A stretch of 64,000 nt of DNA from Sphagnum compactum. Lineage: Eukaryota. Position 1 is the first letter of the stretch; each line of letters opens with the position of its first letter. Below the pieces are notes generated by a model, which was not told the DNA's origin, did no database searches, and saw nothing but the letters and a program-made list of their open reading frames with translations. Location: assembly GCA_965153455.1 (NCBI GenBank), contig OZ234494.1, forward strand, positions 9,672,001-9,736,000. The letters are read 5' to 3'. The translations under genes and the position numbers were made by a program. Below, one piece after another: positions 38,443 to 51,100 of the stretch.

Positions 38443-38709
38443 TGTCATGGCCTAGGATATTTTGGGATACTTTTGGCAATGTCATGTCCTAGGATATTTT
38501 GGGATACTTTTGGCAATATCATGGCCTAGGATATTTTGGGATACTTTTGGCAATATCATGGCCTAGGATATTTTGGGACTAGTATGGCTCAGGGTTATAA
38601 AAGGAGATAGTCTGGGGAACAACCCTTTAGCAGATCAACACCAGTTGATGGGTCAATAAAGCTTGTCTTGTCTTGTAATTCTCCACTTGTTTGTAGTCGG
38701 TCCATAACA
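38443..38709 (+). repeat. 3' LTR (267 bp), with 3 full plus 1 partial 37-bp repeats
   Basis: TGTCATGG...CCATAACA followed by TSD GGTTG. Confidence 0.95.
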
Positions 38710-41700
38710 GGTTGTTTGCCATAGCACAAATTGAAGGTAAAATATTCTTCGAGGTTTTTTTCTTTTTTCTTAAAACTAAAAAAAAGAAAACAAATGAGCA
38801 AACATTGGAACAATTTTTTGAAACAACCCAAGTGGAAAAATGAAGAGAAGAAAGTGAAAATGCATCTCAAAAACTTTCTAAAGTTCAAAATTCACATGTT
38901 TTTGAAAAAATATATTACTTGCAACACACACATTATAACACAAAAGCTTATCCCAAAAGTGTCCCAAAAATAATAAACATGTCTTCCTACTTTTAGCTAA
39001 ATTTCAAATGACGAAATTTTCCTTCTACATTTTGCATAGAACATTATATTGTTTTGCAGAACAAAAATCTAGATTATCACAATTGACAACAAAGGGGAGG
39101 AAGGTTGTTCCACGATGTTTTGAAGATGGAATTGGAGAAGGAGTCATTTGCACCATGTGGAAACTTTGGTGGTGGGGCATGAGACCTAGGGAAGGTGTCG
39201 GATAGAGTTCAATGGGCAATATTTAACATCTTGCGTATTGCAAGTTTGGAATAGATTATGAATGTCAAGTAACAAAAAGAAATAAAAGGTAATTCCCAAC
39301 CTATTTAGTTGTCATGGTGTTCAATTGCAACAACCCTTGTCATAATTTTAAATCCAGTGTACTACTCAAACAATAAATCAATGACTTCACCTCAATATTA
39401 TCAATTGGACCTAACATTATTGGGCATTCAAGGATCACAACATTCTAGTCCCTATTTCATAAACATCATTATCCTTTTGTAAGCAATCTTACTATGGATT
39501 GAATAATACCCCATCCATAATGACCCTAATTTTCAGTAGTGACAATGTGCCCAAATGAAATCATATAGAACACAACACACTAGATGGATATTCAACAAAC
39601 AAACACAATTGCCTCCTTCACCTAACTATAGTTGTTATCCACAGACACCAACAAAATACACTATTTGCAAAGATGACTAAGAAAAAAGACAATGATAAAA
39701 CATTGTTTCGATTTCCATGCCTAGAGATTCTTTAGGAATGATTTTTTTCAAACAAAATCTACCCTCAAAGCTTCCATACGAATGGGTACTCTTTCTCCCC
39801 AACAACTATATACACATCACATTGGACAACATAAATGTTTAAACAAAAGAACCTGACTTGCTTCAGGGACTGCTTACATAAACACTAAAGCTTGTCATCA
39901 CAACTTTGAATCCACCCCTATTTTCTATTGCTAGATCTGCATTCTTATTGTCGAAACATGTGCGCAATGGAATTGCATGCTTCAAAAATGAAAAACCAGT
40001 CTACCATGAGTTCTTCTTCCACTCTACTTTTATAATAAATTCTCCTACTAATAAAAGGTATCTACTTTCGAAAATCCACTACAACCAATTGGATTCAAAA
40101 ACTTATCCCTTCAATAAAATTCAATAGAAGACTCCAACATCTCCTCCAAGATCACAACAGTTCCATCACTCCATCACTTGCTTCCTCCAAAATCCAAGTA
40201 ACAACATTTAGATGACTTTGCAATGAGGAAAAACCAACCAACATTGAACACCATCAAGCCATCACTCCATAACCTACACAAAACAAAAACACAAAAACAA
40301 AGCAAAAACTAGCACAACTCCTTCACCATCACTATCAACTGTCGACGCTTTGTCACATACTGAGTCTAGAAGTTGATAGTATTGTGTCATTGCATTAGGG
40401 TTTCATCCTTACCCCGTTTTTCATCATAGTCCGAACAATATACAATAAATTCATGTGCAAATTGGGCATTTTGAAATGTGTGTCACACAAATAAGTCATG
40501 GTTTCTTTTAGTGTAACCATTTTAATGGAATCAAATGGGTTTTGGAACAAGAAATATTCAAAAATAGTTGGAAAATATGAATTATCTATGTGAAGTATTT
40601 TCTTTTGTATTGCAATATTATCAAAAGTGTAACAAGGTCACAACTAATGATTGACCATATTTCAAAGTGGGCCAAACTTTAAATGCAAAGAAAGATCACT
40701 CATCAATTCAAATATTTTCAATTTTTTTCATTATAACAAACTTGATCACTTTCCATGGTTTCATTTCATTGAAAATGATTAAATGATATTTCACATGGCC
40801 ACAATAGCACATGTTCCATTATAGTGATCAATTAAACATTAATATAGTAATTGAGATGTTGCATTTGGGTGAAATGTTTCATGTGTTCAATGTCAACTAT
40901 TGTGTGTCTATGAACTATGAACATGTGACTAAAATTCACATGTTTATATTTACAACATAAAATTATATAAGACATAGTTATGACAATATGGAAGTCATTA
41001 AAATTGACTTGGAAAAATGTTATGTATTATTGTCAAAATTCTTTGCAAAAAATATATATATATAATCATTCCATATCATATAAATTTACCATTGTGAATA
41101 AAAGGATTAGGTTCAATAACCTCCTAATGTATCAATTGCCGAAGGCACATATAACATGACTAGTTAAATCAAGTTGAATTTTAATGAAGACATTATAATT
41201 TAAATTGTAAGCCTTGGACAAATGTCAAGTTCCTATTTTAGGTCTTCCCTGACTCAAATTGGAAAATTAATTAAAAACCTTTGTGCCTGCACTTAAGCTA
41301 CTAGTGACTAATTTATTTTTCTTGCAATCAACACTAGTTGTCCGATTGAAGGAATGAGAAGCTTCAGTGTTCTCCAGTCTGTATAGGAGATTTCATAATG
41401 TAGGGCACCTTTGGGCAACTATGAAAATTCTAGCAAATTCACAAAAGGTCTCCCCTTCCACAAGTATTCTAATTGGAATGTAAAGACACTTAAGTTATCG
41501 TAGACATAGACATGGAGTTATATTCTTGATTATGTAATGTCCCACAACAACAGAATTCTCTATTTTATAAATTATGACATATCCATTTACAAGACCAGAT
41601 AGTATGCAATTCTCAAACATTCAAGTTCATACTTGAGATCCCAAGAAGCATTTGGGTTGCTATTGAGACCAACTTGTTATATCCAGAGTCCCAATGTTTC

Positions 41701-42539
41701 TAACAAACTGATTTAAATTTGAGGAATCATTTTATGTGTACCAAACTGATATACTGAAATCCACACACTAGAAAGGCCAGAGCAAAATTGGTATAAACCC
41801 AAGCAAAAAGACGTGTCATTTTAGGTGAGGAAAGTACCATATGACTCATTGATGGATTTTGGAGAATGAACTAGCATAATTTGTTGATGAAATGCATGAT
41901 TGCAATGGGAATGTTGACATGTTCAAGATTCACAAGTTTTCTTGGCAAGTGTGTATGCATCGTTGTTGTAAAACAATAACCTAAAACACCTGCTTTACAA
42001 TTATAAACACAACTTTTAAGACAAATAAGATTGAGTCAAAGCACTTTTTCATGTTATATTGGTAAGTGGAATATGTTATCTTTGTATGTTAATTCTTGTC
42101 TTGCTAAGAAGATTTTATAAATGATCAGTCACCATATCATAAAACTGAATAGTGGTTCATTTTTATGTTATATAAATAGCTACATGAATCTCTACAACCT
42201 GAGGTTTTGTTGGCACTGACTTGCAAATAACTATGGCCTGAATTGAAATATGACTCACATTTGATAATTTCTGTAAATAGACGCAAGTTTATTAAATGAG
42301 GGCAAGGTTTCCCCTACAAACAGAGTTGATGGCTGCTAAAAATCAGATGGAGAGTTGGAGTTAACACACCCAAGTCATTCACAGTTCTTGGTTGTTGTGT
42401 TGCAAAAGAATCTGAAAGCCAACAAATTCTCTGCTTCAAGTTCCAGGCAGAAAACATTAGAACAAAAGAGAAAAGTACAGCACTCAAAACCTGAGAGCTA
42501 CTTTGGTCAAACAACCTTGGTTCCATATTTCACATCAAG

Positions 42540-45500
42540 TGAAGCCAATTAGCAAAGGAGATCGATTGTCAACTTACAGGTAGTGGGTAGTGTAGAATAT
42601 ATGCCAATCCCATTGGATCTACATATCAGTTTGCACAATAAAGTTCCTGTTCTTCTCTAGTCCTTCAACTATCTGAACAATAATTGACAAAATTCACTGG
42701 GATCACATACGCCACCATCTCCAGGAAATTTGTTATCCTTTGCACTAGGCTTAATCTATGAGTATCCTGGGAGCCTCCTGAGCACCTGCAATGGAATCTA
42801 CCATTGGCACTGCATCCTGATTGACACCACATTCCATAGTCCAGCAGTGGCCTGAACCAGAAAATCAACTCCCTCAGTTGTATCCTCCTGAATCTCATTC
42901 TCAGCCATGACAAATTGCTGCAACTGCCCAGCACCAAATGCAGGGAATAGTGCCAAAACACCTTCTACTAACCAGCATGTTGTGATAGTGTTGTTCCACT
43001 TGACAAAACTTTCTGCATCCTCAATCCATTGTCATTCATCAGTTTGGTTTGGTGTGTGATCAGAAGATGTGTGGATTAGACACACTGATGTGATTAGATA
43101 CACATTTTCTCATCGCATAATCTGTGAAGAGAAAGAGATGTGTGTATACATTTTTGGATTTGGGCTGCATTGTGTAAAACCCTCATGGCTAACACCATGC
43201 CATTTGATGATTCTTATATTGCAGCCATTGGTTGTAGCACTCAGTGAAGATGAAACTAGAGCTGGAGTCAAGCGGAGGCTCAATATGACATCAGAGCCAC
43301 TGGCAAAGATCCCATGTTCTGGGCACCACCAGTTTCAGTGCCTTTTTCCTGGGGGATTGTTGCTGGCTGCATCATCAATTCCTCTTTGAAAAAGAGATAT
43401 GATGAGATGAGTAAGTACTGTCCAAAACATCAATGACCTTGCCCATAGTCCTGCCACCATATACCCAATTCTTTGATTCATTTGACAAGTCCATCAGTGT
43501 AGCTATGAACTGCCAGTGCAGTCATTTTTCTACCATTCAGGAAAGTAGACTAATTACTGGTGGGTGGTGCACATGCTTGGGTGGCATCCCTGAAGAATGA
43601 CCTGTTGTTACATAAACCTTACTGGGATCACTATCTTACTGTCATTTCAGACAATCTGCTACAGATTCAACATGTAGGATCTACACAAAATCAGTGACGG
43701 ATGCAGCAGGCAAAAGCTTTTGCCAGAAAACACTTTGTATACATAATGGAATTGTTACATAAGCTGTAAGTAAAACAACTTTGTAAAGACTGGAAAGGAC
43801 ATGCTAATTTTCCTGTCCTTCGTCAGGCTTTTCAGAATTTCTAGATAGCTTATCAAAACCTCCAGTTGATACAGTAAATCTCTCAGCCAAGTGTGACCAA
43901 CCAACCAGCACTCCAACAAAGAGCCTCAGTAGGAGGGCACACTTGCACCTTTTCAAGTTGATGATATATATCTATATATGTATGAAAGCCTTTTCCCACA
44001 TGCGACAAGAAGCTTACCCATTGGCTCTATTTACAAACTTTTGCCTTTGTTGATGATGAGCAACCTGCATTGAAATGGAATTGAAGGCAGCTGCTGAGAT
44101 GGGTAGTTGTGACAGACTCTCAAGAAATTTACCTTCACAGCAATTGACAGTGCAGCACTTTGAAAGAGGCAGAGTACTGTCTACTACTTTGTTGTTTCAA
44201 GGCTCTGCACATCTGGCAATGTCAGATGCTTTTGCTTTGAGAAAGAGAGATGTTTTCATCTGGCAAGAAGTGCATTGGTGCTGATGATGATGATGGCAAA
44301 CAACCATGCACCTCTCCTCTGCCTCCAACTCCTCTTCCATTGTCATGACCTTTGGCAGACTGGAGACTCATCTAGCTTTTTGCACAAGTCAGTAACGACT
44401 TTCCTGTGTCCACACCTCAATGCCAAAAAAAGCATGCTGAGATGCCAAATGTATGTGTATACCTCAGTGGAAAGTTTGCAGAGTTGAACTGTCCTCCCAT
44501 CTCTGCCCAGCTCTGATGAAAGCCTGAGTTTTTCTTTCTTCTCCATGCTATGATACACTGCTACATGACCGAGATAAGATCTGTGACAGGATGATGCAAC
44601 AGCAGCAACATGCTTTGGTGTTTGAGGTTTGCTCACAAGTGTGCCAGATCTTCTTTCAGGTAGTAGAGCAATTTTGTGTGCCTTAAGAGAATGAAAGTTG
44701 CCTGCAGCAGAATGTGATTTTGCACCCAGACTATTATTGCGCCCCACACCTACTTTCAATAGGTGTGGAGGTTTTGGCATTTGCTACATTTCTCTTGGCA
44801 GTTGGAGTTTTCATGCTCAGCAATGGCATACTTGGAAACTGAGTTTTTTCATTTCTGAAATCCACAAAGCCAGTTGTCATCATCTTGTTATCCTGGAGAG
44901 AGCCTGCAAAAACCTTCTGTGCAATCTGCTTTGCAAAGAGTTTGCAATGAGTTTATACTGCTGGGCTTCAATACTCTACAGCAAAAGTGGGTGCTTCCAG
45001 TGTTCACATTGAGGTCCTACAATTGACAGCAAATTGCATCCAGACACTGTAAACTGTACCGCAAAGATATGGCAGTGGTCCAAGATATCTGCCAGTTACT
45101 TGCACCAAGATAGCAGCTCTACAGCCATTTTACTAATTCATCGCTATGTGACAGCCTACATGCAAGGAAGCCTAGATACAGAGAGAAGTGTTCAAACTCA
45201 AATAATACCATTTTAGTACTCTTTGAGTCCTGAGACAATCCTATTATTAATATCTTGCTACTGTGTAGGCTTTCTTTCCTTGCAGTTAAACAGTGAGACT
45301 AAGAGCATCTGCACATTGAGGTGCTTACAATGTAAGTCAAAAGGTTGTGCACTTGAAATTGACATACCACTTTTGATTTGAAGTGGGAGGGATTTGGATC
45401 ATGAAACACTCCACAATACCACACTCCAGCAATCACCTGCACAGACCCTCGCATCAGGTCATTTTCATCAAGTCATTTGCCACCAAGTTTGAACTGGTTA

Positions 45501-46943
45501 TCATCTATGACAGTGAATGCCACCATGAAAAAAATTGTCTGCCGAAACCCATATGACTTGACTTAACCTTTGACCTTACTTTCTAGAGATGGTCATCAAG
45601 TGTACAGCTTGGTCAATGGCTGCAAAACTCCTCACTCCATGGAGTATTCAGTTCCACAAAACCTGCCTCATTTTTAACAGCACCAATGAGCTGATGTGAA
45701 GTGCATTGTCCCATTTATGACAAACTAATGACCCTTTCTCTGTGCTGTTATGGCTCATTCTCGTCAGGATTCAGACAAAATGAATTGTGAGGATGGCAAG
45801 TGATTGTGCAAATTTCTGAGGAGAAGCAGTTTCTAGTCATCAGTGTCAGCAAGCAACTGAGTTCATACAAGTGTGAAACTCAACAGAGGAGGTTGGAGAA
45901 GCACTCTACAACAAAAGAAAATCATCAAGACCTTTGCTATATGGTAATCTGTCTCCTTAAACAAAATTGCAGACAGATTTTTTACACCTTACGATACAGG
46001 TGAAGATGGTCACCAACCCCATGTTCCTTAACAATGAGAAAGAAAGCACTGACATAGCATCACACATCTCCACTGCAATACAGAACAATCCCCAGCTGTC
46101 AATTCATCCACAATTCCAGGATCTCCTTGAATCAACAACTGCCATCAATTTCAACACATTTTATTGTGCATGATGAAAACCAACATGACTCTGTGCTTGC
46201 AAACTATGGTAGAAAAAGGTTGTTGGGAAGATTAGCTTGCCTGGAAACACCTTCAATTTGCTAGGTCCAACCTCGTTGTTTGGACAATTCAGTGCCAGCA
46301 ATGGTGTTGTAGACGAAGTGTTTCCTCTTAATTGCTTCCTCTTCAACCGTCATCTCAATCCGATGCTTCAGCCACTGAGCTCTATAAAAGAAAACAGAAA
46401 TAGCACGATGCCACACGTCCCGGTTTTGCCAAAAACTCCAGTTTGAGGAATCGAGCCGCCCTGGCAAGAGCTTGTGCAAACATGTGCAGACATGTTTTAA
46501 GAGCAAGTGTTGAACCTCATCCAATACCGCCAGGAGAGAGCGAAGGAGGTGTGCAGGAAAAGAACACCCATACAAATGTCCGAAGATTCAGCTTGCAAAA
46601 GCAACAAAAAATCGAGGGATGAAACCAACAACAGCGGAGAAAGCAAGAATCCCAAAATCAACATGTGTGGAAGATAGGTACCCACATCAAAAGCTTCCAA
46701 GCGCAATCAAATGTAGTAGTGAACACAAGACGAGGGTGGAACCCGATCCCCAGTTCTGTTGTTGTACCCACGAACAAACCTACCTATGAACTCTCGCAAT
46801 TAAATTATTCCAGAAATCGAGAGACAAGCTTGAAAAACGCTCTACCGAATCCCAAGAGCCAACAAAAACAGCTGATTGCAGAAAATGGGAGACGGACACT
46901 GGCAACAGTGTACAGAAGAAACAGCAGATGAAGCCACCATCAT
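42540..46943 (-). pseudogene. Decayed multi-exon host-like gene of uncertain identity
   Basis: Higher-GC, coding-like blocks alternate with T-rich intron-like stretches bounded by GT/AG (e.g. 45368-45436; donors near 44461 and 42711), but I found no long open frame. Putative start near 46940; may extend to about 41300. Confidence 0.4.
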
Positions 46944-47063
46944 CGTCAAGCACATCAAGCACTAGAGTCGAGGTCCCTCCCACTCTTGATTGATTTAGGT
47001 GTGATTCCCTCCCAAATACGAGGATCGAGAGGCATAGGAGGGGAAGGGTCCTTTATGCCTAAG

Positions 47064-47079
47064 CCCTAAACCCTAAACC
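47064..47079. promoter_or_regulatory. Telo-box / short interstitial plant telomere motif
   Basis: CCCTAAACCCTAAACC about 120 bp upstream of the putative minus-strand pseudogene start. Confidence 0.55.
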
Positions 47080-47479
47080 ACTACCACTGACTTACCATCT
47101 AACTTTGACATAGCATTAACCCAAATTGTTAACAAACATTCAGAAGTGTATTCACACTTGTGATATTTGCCACTAGTTTAGGGTTAAAAAGTTAGTAGGG
47201 TGTACCTTCTTGCCAGCATGGATACACACCAAAAATTCATGATGGCAAGTTACCACTTACTTTTGGCCATTTTTGCGTCATTTTTTCCAAAGCATCTTTG
47301 CATCATTCCTTTCAGCATTCCTGAGACTCAATTGAAACTCTTAGTTTGCAAGCTCTATAAGCTCGATCTTTTCATCGTTGCACTCATTTGTTCTCTTCGC
47401 AAGTTGAGTTGTTACTTGTTCAACATTTTGTAAGTTTGGTTGTTGTTCATTCCACAAACTCGTTCACTATTCATTATAT

Positions 47480-48190
47480 CACAAGTCTGCTTGCTTGTTC
47501 TAATGCTTTGTGTTGCTTTTGGGATTGTGTTTGATTTTTTGTTTTTTGTTCACTATTGCTACCACCTCCATTCCAAGTTTGCTCTTTTTTTGTTCTTTGC
47601 TTTGCTTTTTGGGTTGTTTTTTGTTTTGTTGTGACCTCCATCGCAAGTTTGTTCTCTCCTTAATCTTTGTTTTGTTTTTGAGGTTGTTTTTTATTTTCCT
47701 TTGCTTTTCAATTTGTTGTGTGTGGTTTTTTGCTATTGCAAGTCGCACATCCCATTGTTGTGGGGTTGTTTTTTTTTCTTGGTTTTACATCTCGATCTAT
47801 TGTCAATGAATTCATTACTACTGTGACCTCCATTGCAAGTTTTCTCTTTACATGTTCTTTGATTATTTTTGGGATATTTTTTGTTTTCCTTCGCTTCTTA
47901 ATCTATTGTGTGTAGTTCTTTATTATTGCAAGTCACATGCTCCATTGTTGTTGGTTTGCAACATTCAAGTTTGTATTTTTTAGTGTTTTGTTTTTGTTTC
48001 TAGGTTTCTTTTTTGGTTTGTTTCCTTTGCATCTTGATCTATTGTGCATTATTGTTTGTTGTGTTGCAAATCACACATTCCATTGCCATGATTTGAGATA
48101 ATGAGTGCTACAACCTCCATCGTTGTGTAGCAAAGAAGATCAATTTTTTTTCCTTGTTCTTTGCTTTGTTTTGGGGTTTATACTTCCACA
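47480..48190. repeat. Degenerate T-rich tandem repeat, period about 190 bp
   Basis: tgtgacctccat at about 47630 and 47822; tattgcaagtc.ca at about 47734 and 47924, with a further diverged copy near 48064. Confidence 0.55.
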
Positions 48191-51100
48191 ACATTGAGTT
48201 TCAAACTTTAAGGAATCAATAGTTACAAGCTTCAACACATTTGCAGTTCACAAAATTTTTCACTCTCCATTCTCCCAATTTGATTGGTGTGCTTTCATGT
48301 CTTAAACTTGCACATTGGAATTTGTTGCTTGACTGGAAATTGTTTTCTTGTTTTTTGCTTTCTTTCATGCTTAAGCAATGGCCTCATTGAGGTAATTGTT
48401 CATGAAGTTTTTTTCTACAAGTCTACATAGAATTCAAAAATGTGTTTGGTTTTGCTTTATAAATATTTGCAATTTCAAATTACAATATAATTGTACACCA
48501 TTTGGTTTCTAACATGTGTTCATGTGTTTTTGTGTTATGTAAATGTTGTTATTTAAAAGTTTGTTGATCAAGGTTTTTTTGTCCAAGAACTATTTTTTCA
48601 ATATAAATAGAAGACTATACTATCACATGTTGATGTTATTCAAGAATTGAAGAAAAAGTATGTTCTTTATTCATGGCAAGACACAATATAAACTAGAAAT
48701 AAAAGTTGCTTACCTTGTGTGTTCTAATAATCATCTTGGTTAGAGAAACATGTCCTTGAAATCTCCATTGTGGTAATGAGAAGTTGTTGCTACTTTGTAA
48801 CAATCTTGAACAAAACAATTGTTTGTTCTTTTTTTTTCTTTGAGCAAAGTGTAGCATGAAGAGAGGTAGAAGAACATAGGAAATAGGTAAAAGAAAATGG
48901 CAAGGAGGGGGGAGATGAAAGTGGAGGGGAATGTGGGGGGTGAATAGGGAGGGGAATGAAAGGAGAACTATGTAATGACATTCTAATAACTTAAATGAAT
49001 TAAATAGCCTTTTTCGGGGTTGTTAGCTATCATTGGAATGTTAATGCAAAAATTACCATTTTTGAAGATTGTATTAAGGAGACACTAACTAAACAACAAG
49101 CCAACATTCCCTTAACATTGGGTGCCATCTAGGATGCCACATAGATTTTAATGTTAATTAACATTGTTGGTTTGAATTCAACAATGTTCTTGTTATCCCT
49201 AAATAAACTTAGTAATGATTTTCCATCAAGTGTGATTCTAGAACATAAGAAAGATATTGATGGCTATAAGGTGCTCTCTAAACACACTAGGAAATTCATC
49301 AGTTTCCTATCACCTAAATGCGGGCCATAATGAACCAACACCCATTAGTGTACCATCCACTAGCTGCCCGTTATTATTTAGTTGTGGATGAACCTTGGTA
49401 ACCAATTTTGGAGGAAATAGGTCTCATACATAGGTAGATAGGCAGGCAAATAGGTAACTCCTAGGTAAGTAGATGGTTTCTACACATGTAAAGGTTGTTT
49501 TTTTTACCTACCTAATAACAACATGCTCATGGGTTGTTAAAAGGTACGTAGAAACAACTAAGTTAACCACTATGGTTCGAAAAGGAATTGAAACCCAACA
49601 AAAAATTGTTTCTTAACAACTTACCATTCATCTTTCATGGTGCGTTGGTGGGTGTTGGTTCATAGTGGCCTTAAAAGCAAAGGTTTCAAATTTAAAAGGT
49701 CTAGAATCTAAATTAACTACTCAAAGATGTAGGACATTGGTATTTTGCATTATATAATGTCCTAGAATTGTGTAGATTTTGTAGGACCTTTTGTGACATG
49801 TCCTTTCATTTCCTCCTTATAGTAATGTTTTATTGCAAGTATTATCCATAATTTTGCTCATGTTCTCTATTACAAGAGAAATTTATCTTCCTTGTCAGAT
49901 TTTAAGTATACCTATGTCATGAACCTTTGGTGAACCATGACATGATGCCCTTATGTTATTGATATACAAAATATGTAGAGATGTCATGTGTGGACATAAC
50001 AACGTTTACAATCAACCATTTAACATTTTATTCTATCATTGCATTTATGTCACATCCAATAAGTTAAATAATGGCATGAGTACCTTATATGCATGAATGA
50101 TTAGACATAATTAGAAAATAAAATAATAATTAATGGTATAAAATGTTTATCATTCTAATTTGTTATGTGCAATCACACTAAAATTCTATTTTCAATTTGC
50201 TAGATTTTCATTAATCAACAATAAATTACAAAACATCTCTTCAAATCATACATGTTAACAATTAACATATTGTCTTTGTTGTTTATAATGTTATTAATAA
50301 TTTGCATCCATATATTTATATTTGACTACCAAGACATTTATGTGGCAAGGTGATGTGTTTCTAATACATAGTCGTAATGAACTAATCAACTTGCTTTTGT
50401 TTAATCGTGTCAAATCATTGTAGAAACAAGGGGTGTGTCACATTGTGGCCTTGCCATTTACATTAAAAATTATTTTAAAGCAAAAAAGAATTATGGAAAC
50501 TCAAATATTTCGCCATGCAAAAATATAATCTTCAAAACATCCTCTAAAGGAAACCAAAATCCTTCAAGATATTAGAACTCTATAACTAATATCAAATTTC
50601 AACACAAGCCAAAATATCATCTTTCAAAAATCCTCATATAAACCTATTACATAGGGGTCAAAATCCCTTAAGCTACCATACTCTATAATGAATCTAAACA
50701 TAATATATTCCTTGCCTTGGTAGGCAAGCCCAAGAAAAGATGAATTTATTGATGAACAATTGGTTCTTGGATGAGTAATTCTACAATTTATTCTCATTAA
50801 TTGGAATTTGTGTTGGACCTTATAACATTAGGAACTTATCATAATAGTTAATTAAATATTTAAAAATTATTAATATTTTTATAATTTCATGCTAATATGC
50901 ATAAAATGTATATATTTTGAAAGACATTATAGTAATTTTGAATATATTCATACATGATCAATTTTTTTAAAATAATGATATGTTTGGAATATGTTGAAAG
51001 CAATGCATGGGGAGGGAATAATATTCAACATTGAAGTTTAATCCCAAAAATTATGATTCATGGCATTTGCATTTGTACAAATACAAATATGTATGAATAT

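Larger units (their letters stand above)
32445..38709 (+). mobile_element. Full-length Ty3/Gypsy chromovirus (Tcn1-like), 6265 bp, recent insertion
   Basis: TG...CA LTRs, 5-bp TSD GGTTG (32440-32444 and 38710-38714), domain order gag-PR-RT-RH-INT-chromodomain, PPT before the 3' LTR. Confidence 0.97.

Noticed and set aside
47064-47079. True telomere or chromosome fusion site
   Set aside because: Only about two CCCTAAA units; consistent with a telo-box
47440-47915. Hydrophobic F/L/C-rich ORFs resembling membrane proteins
   Set aside because: Artefact of T-rich degenerate repeats
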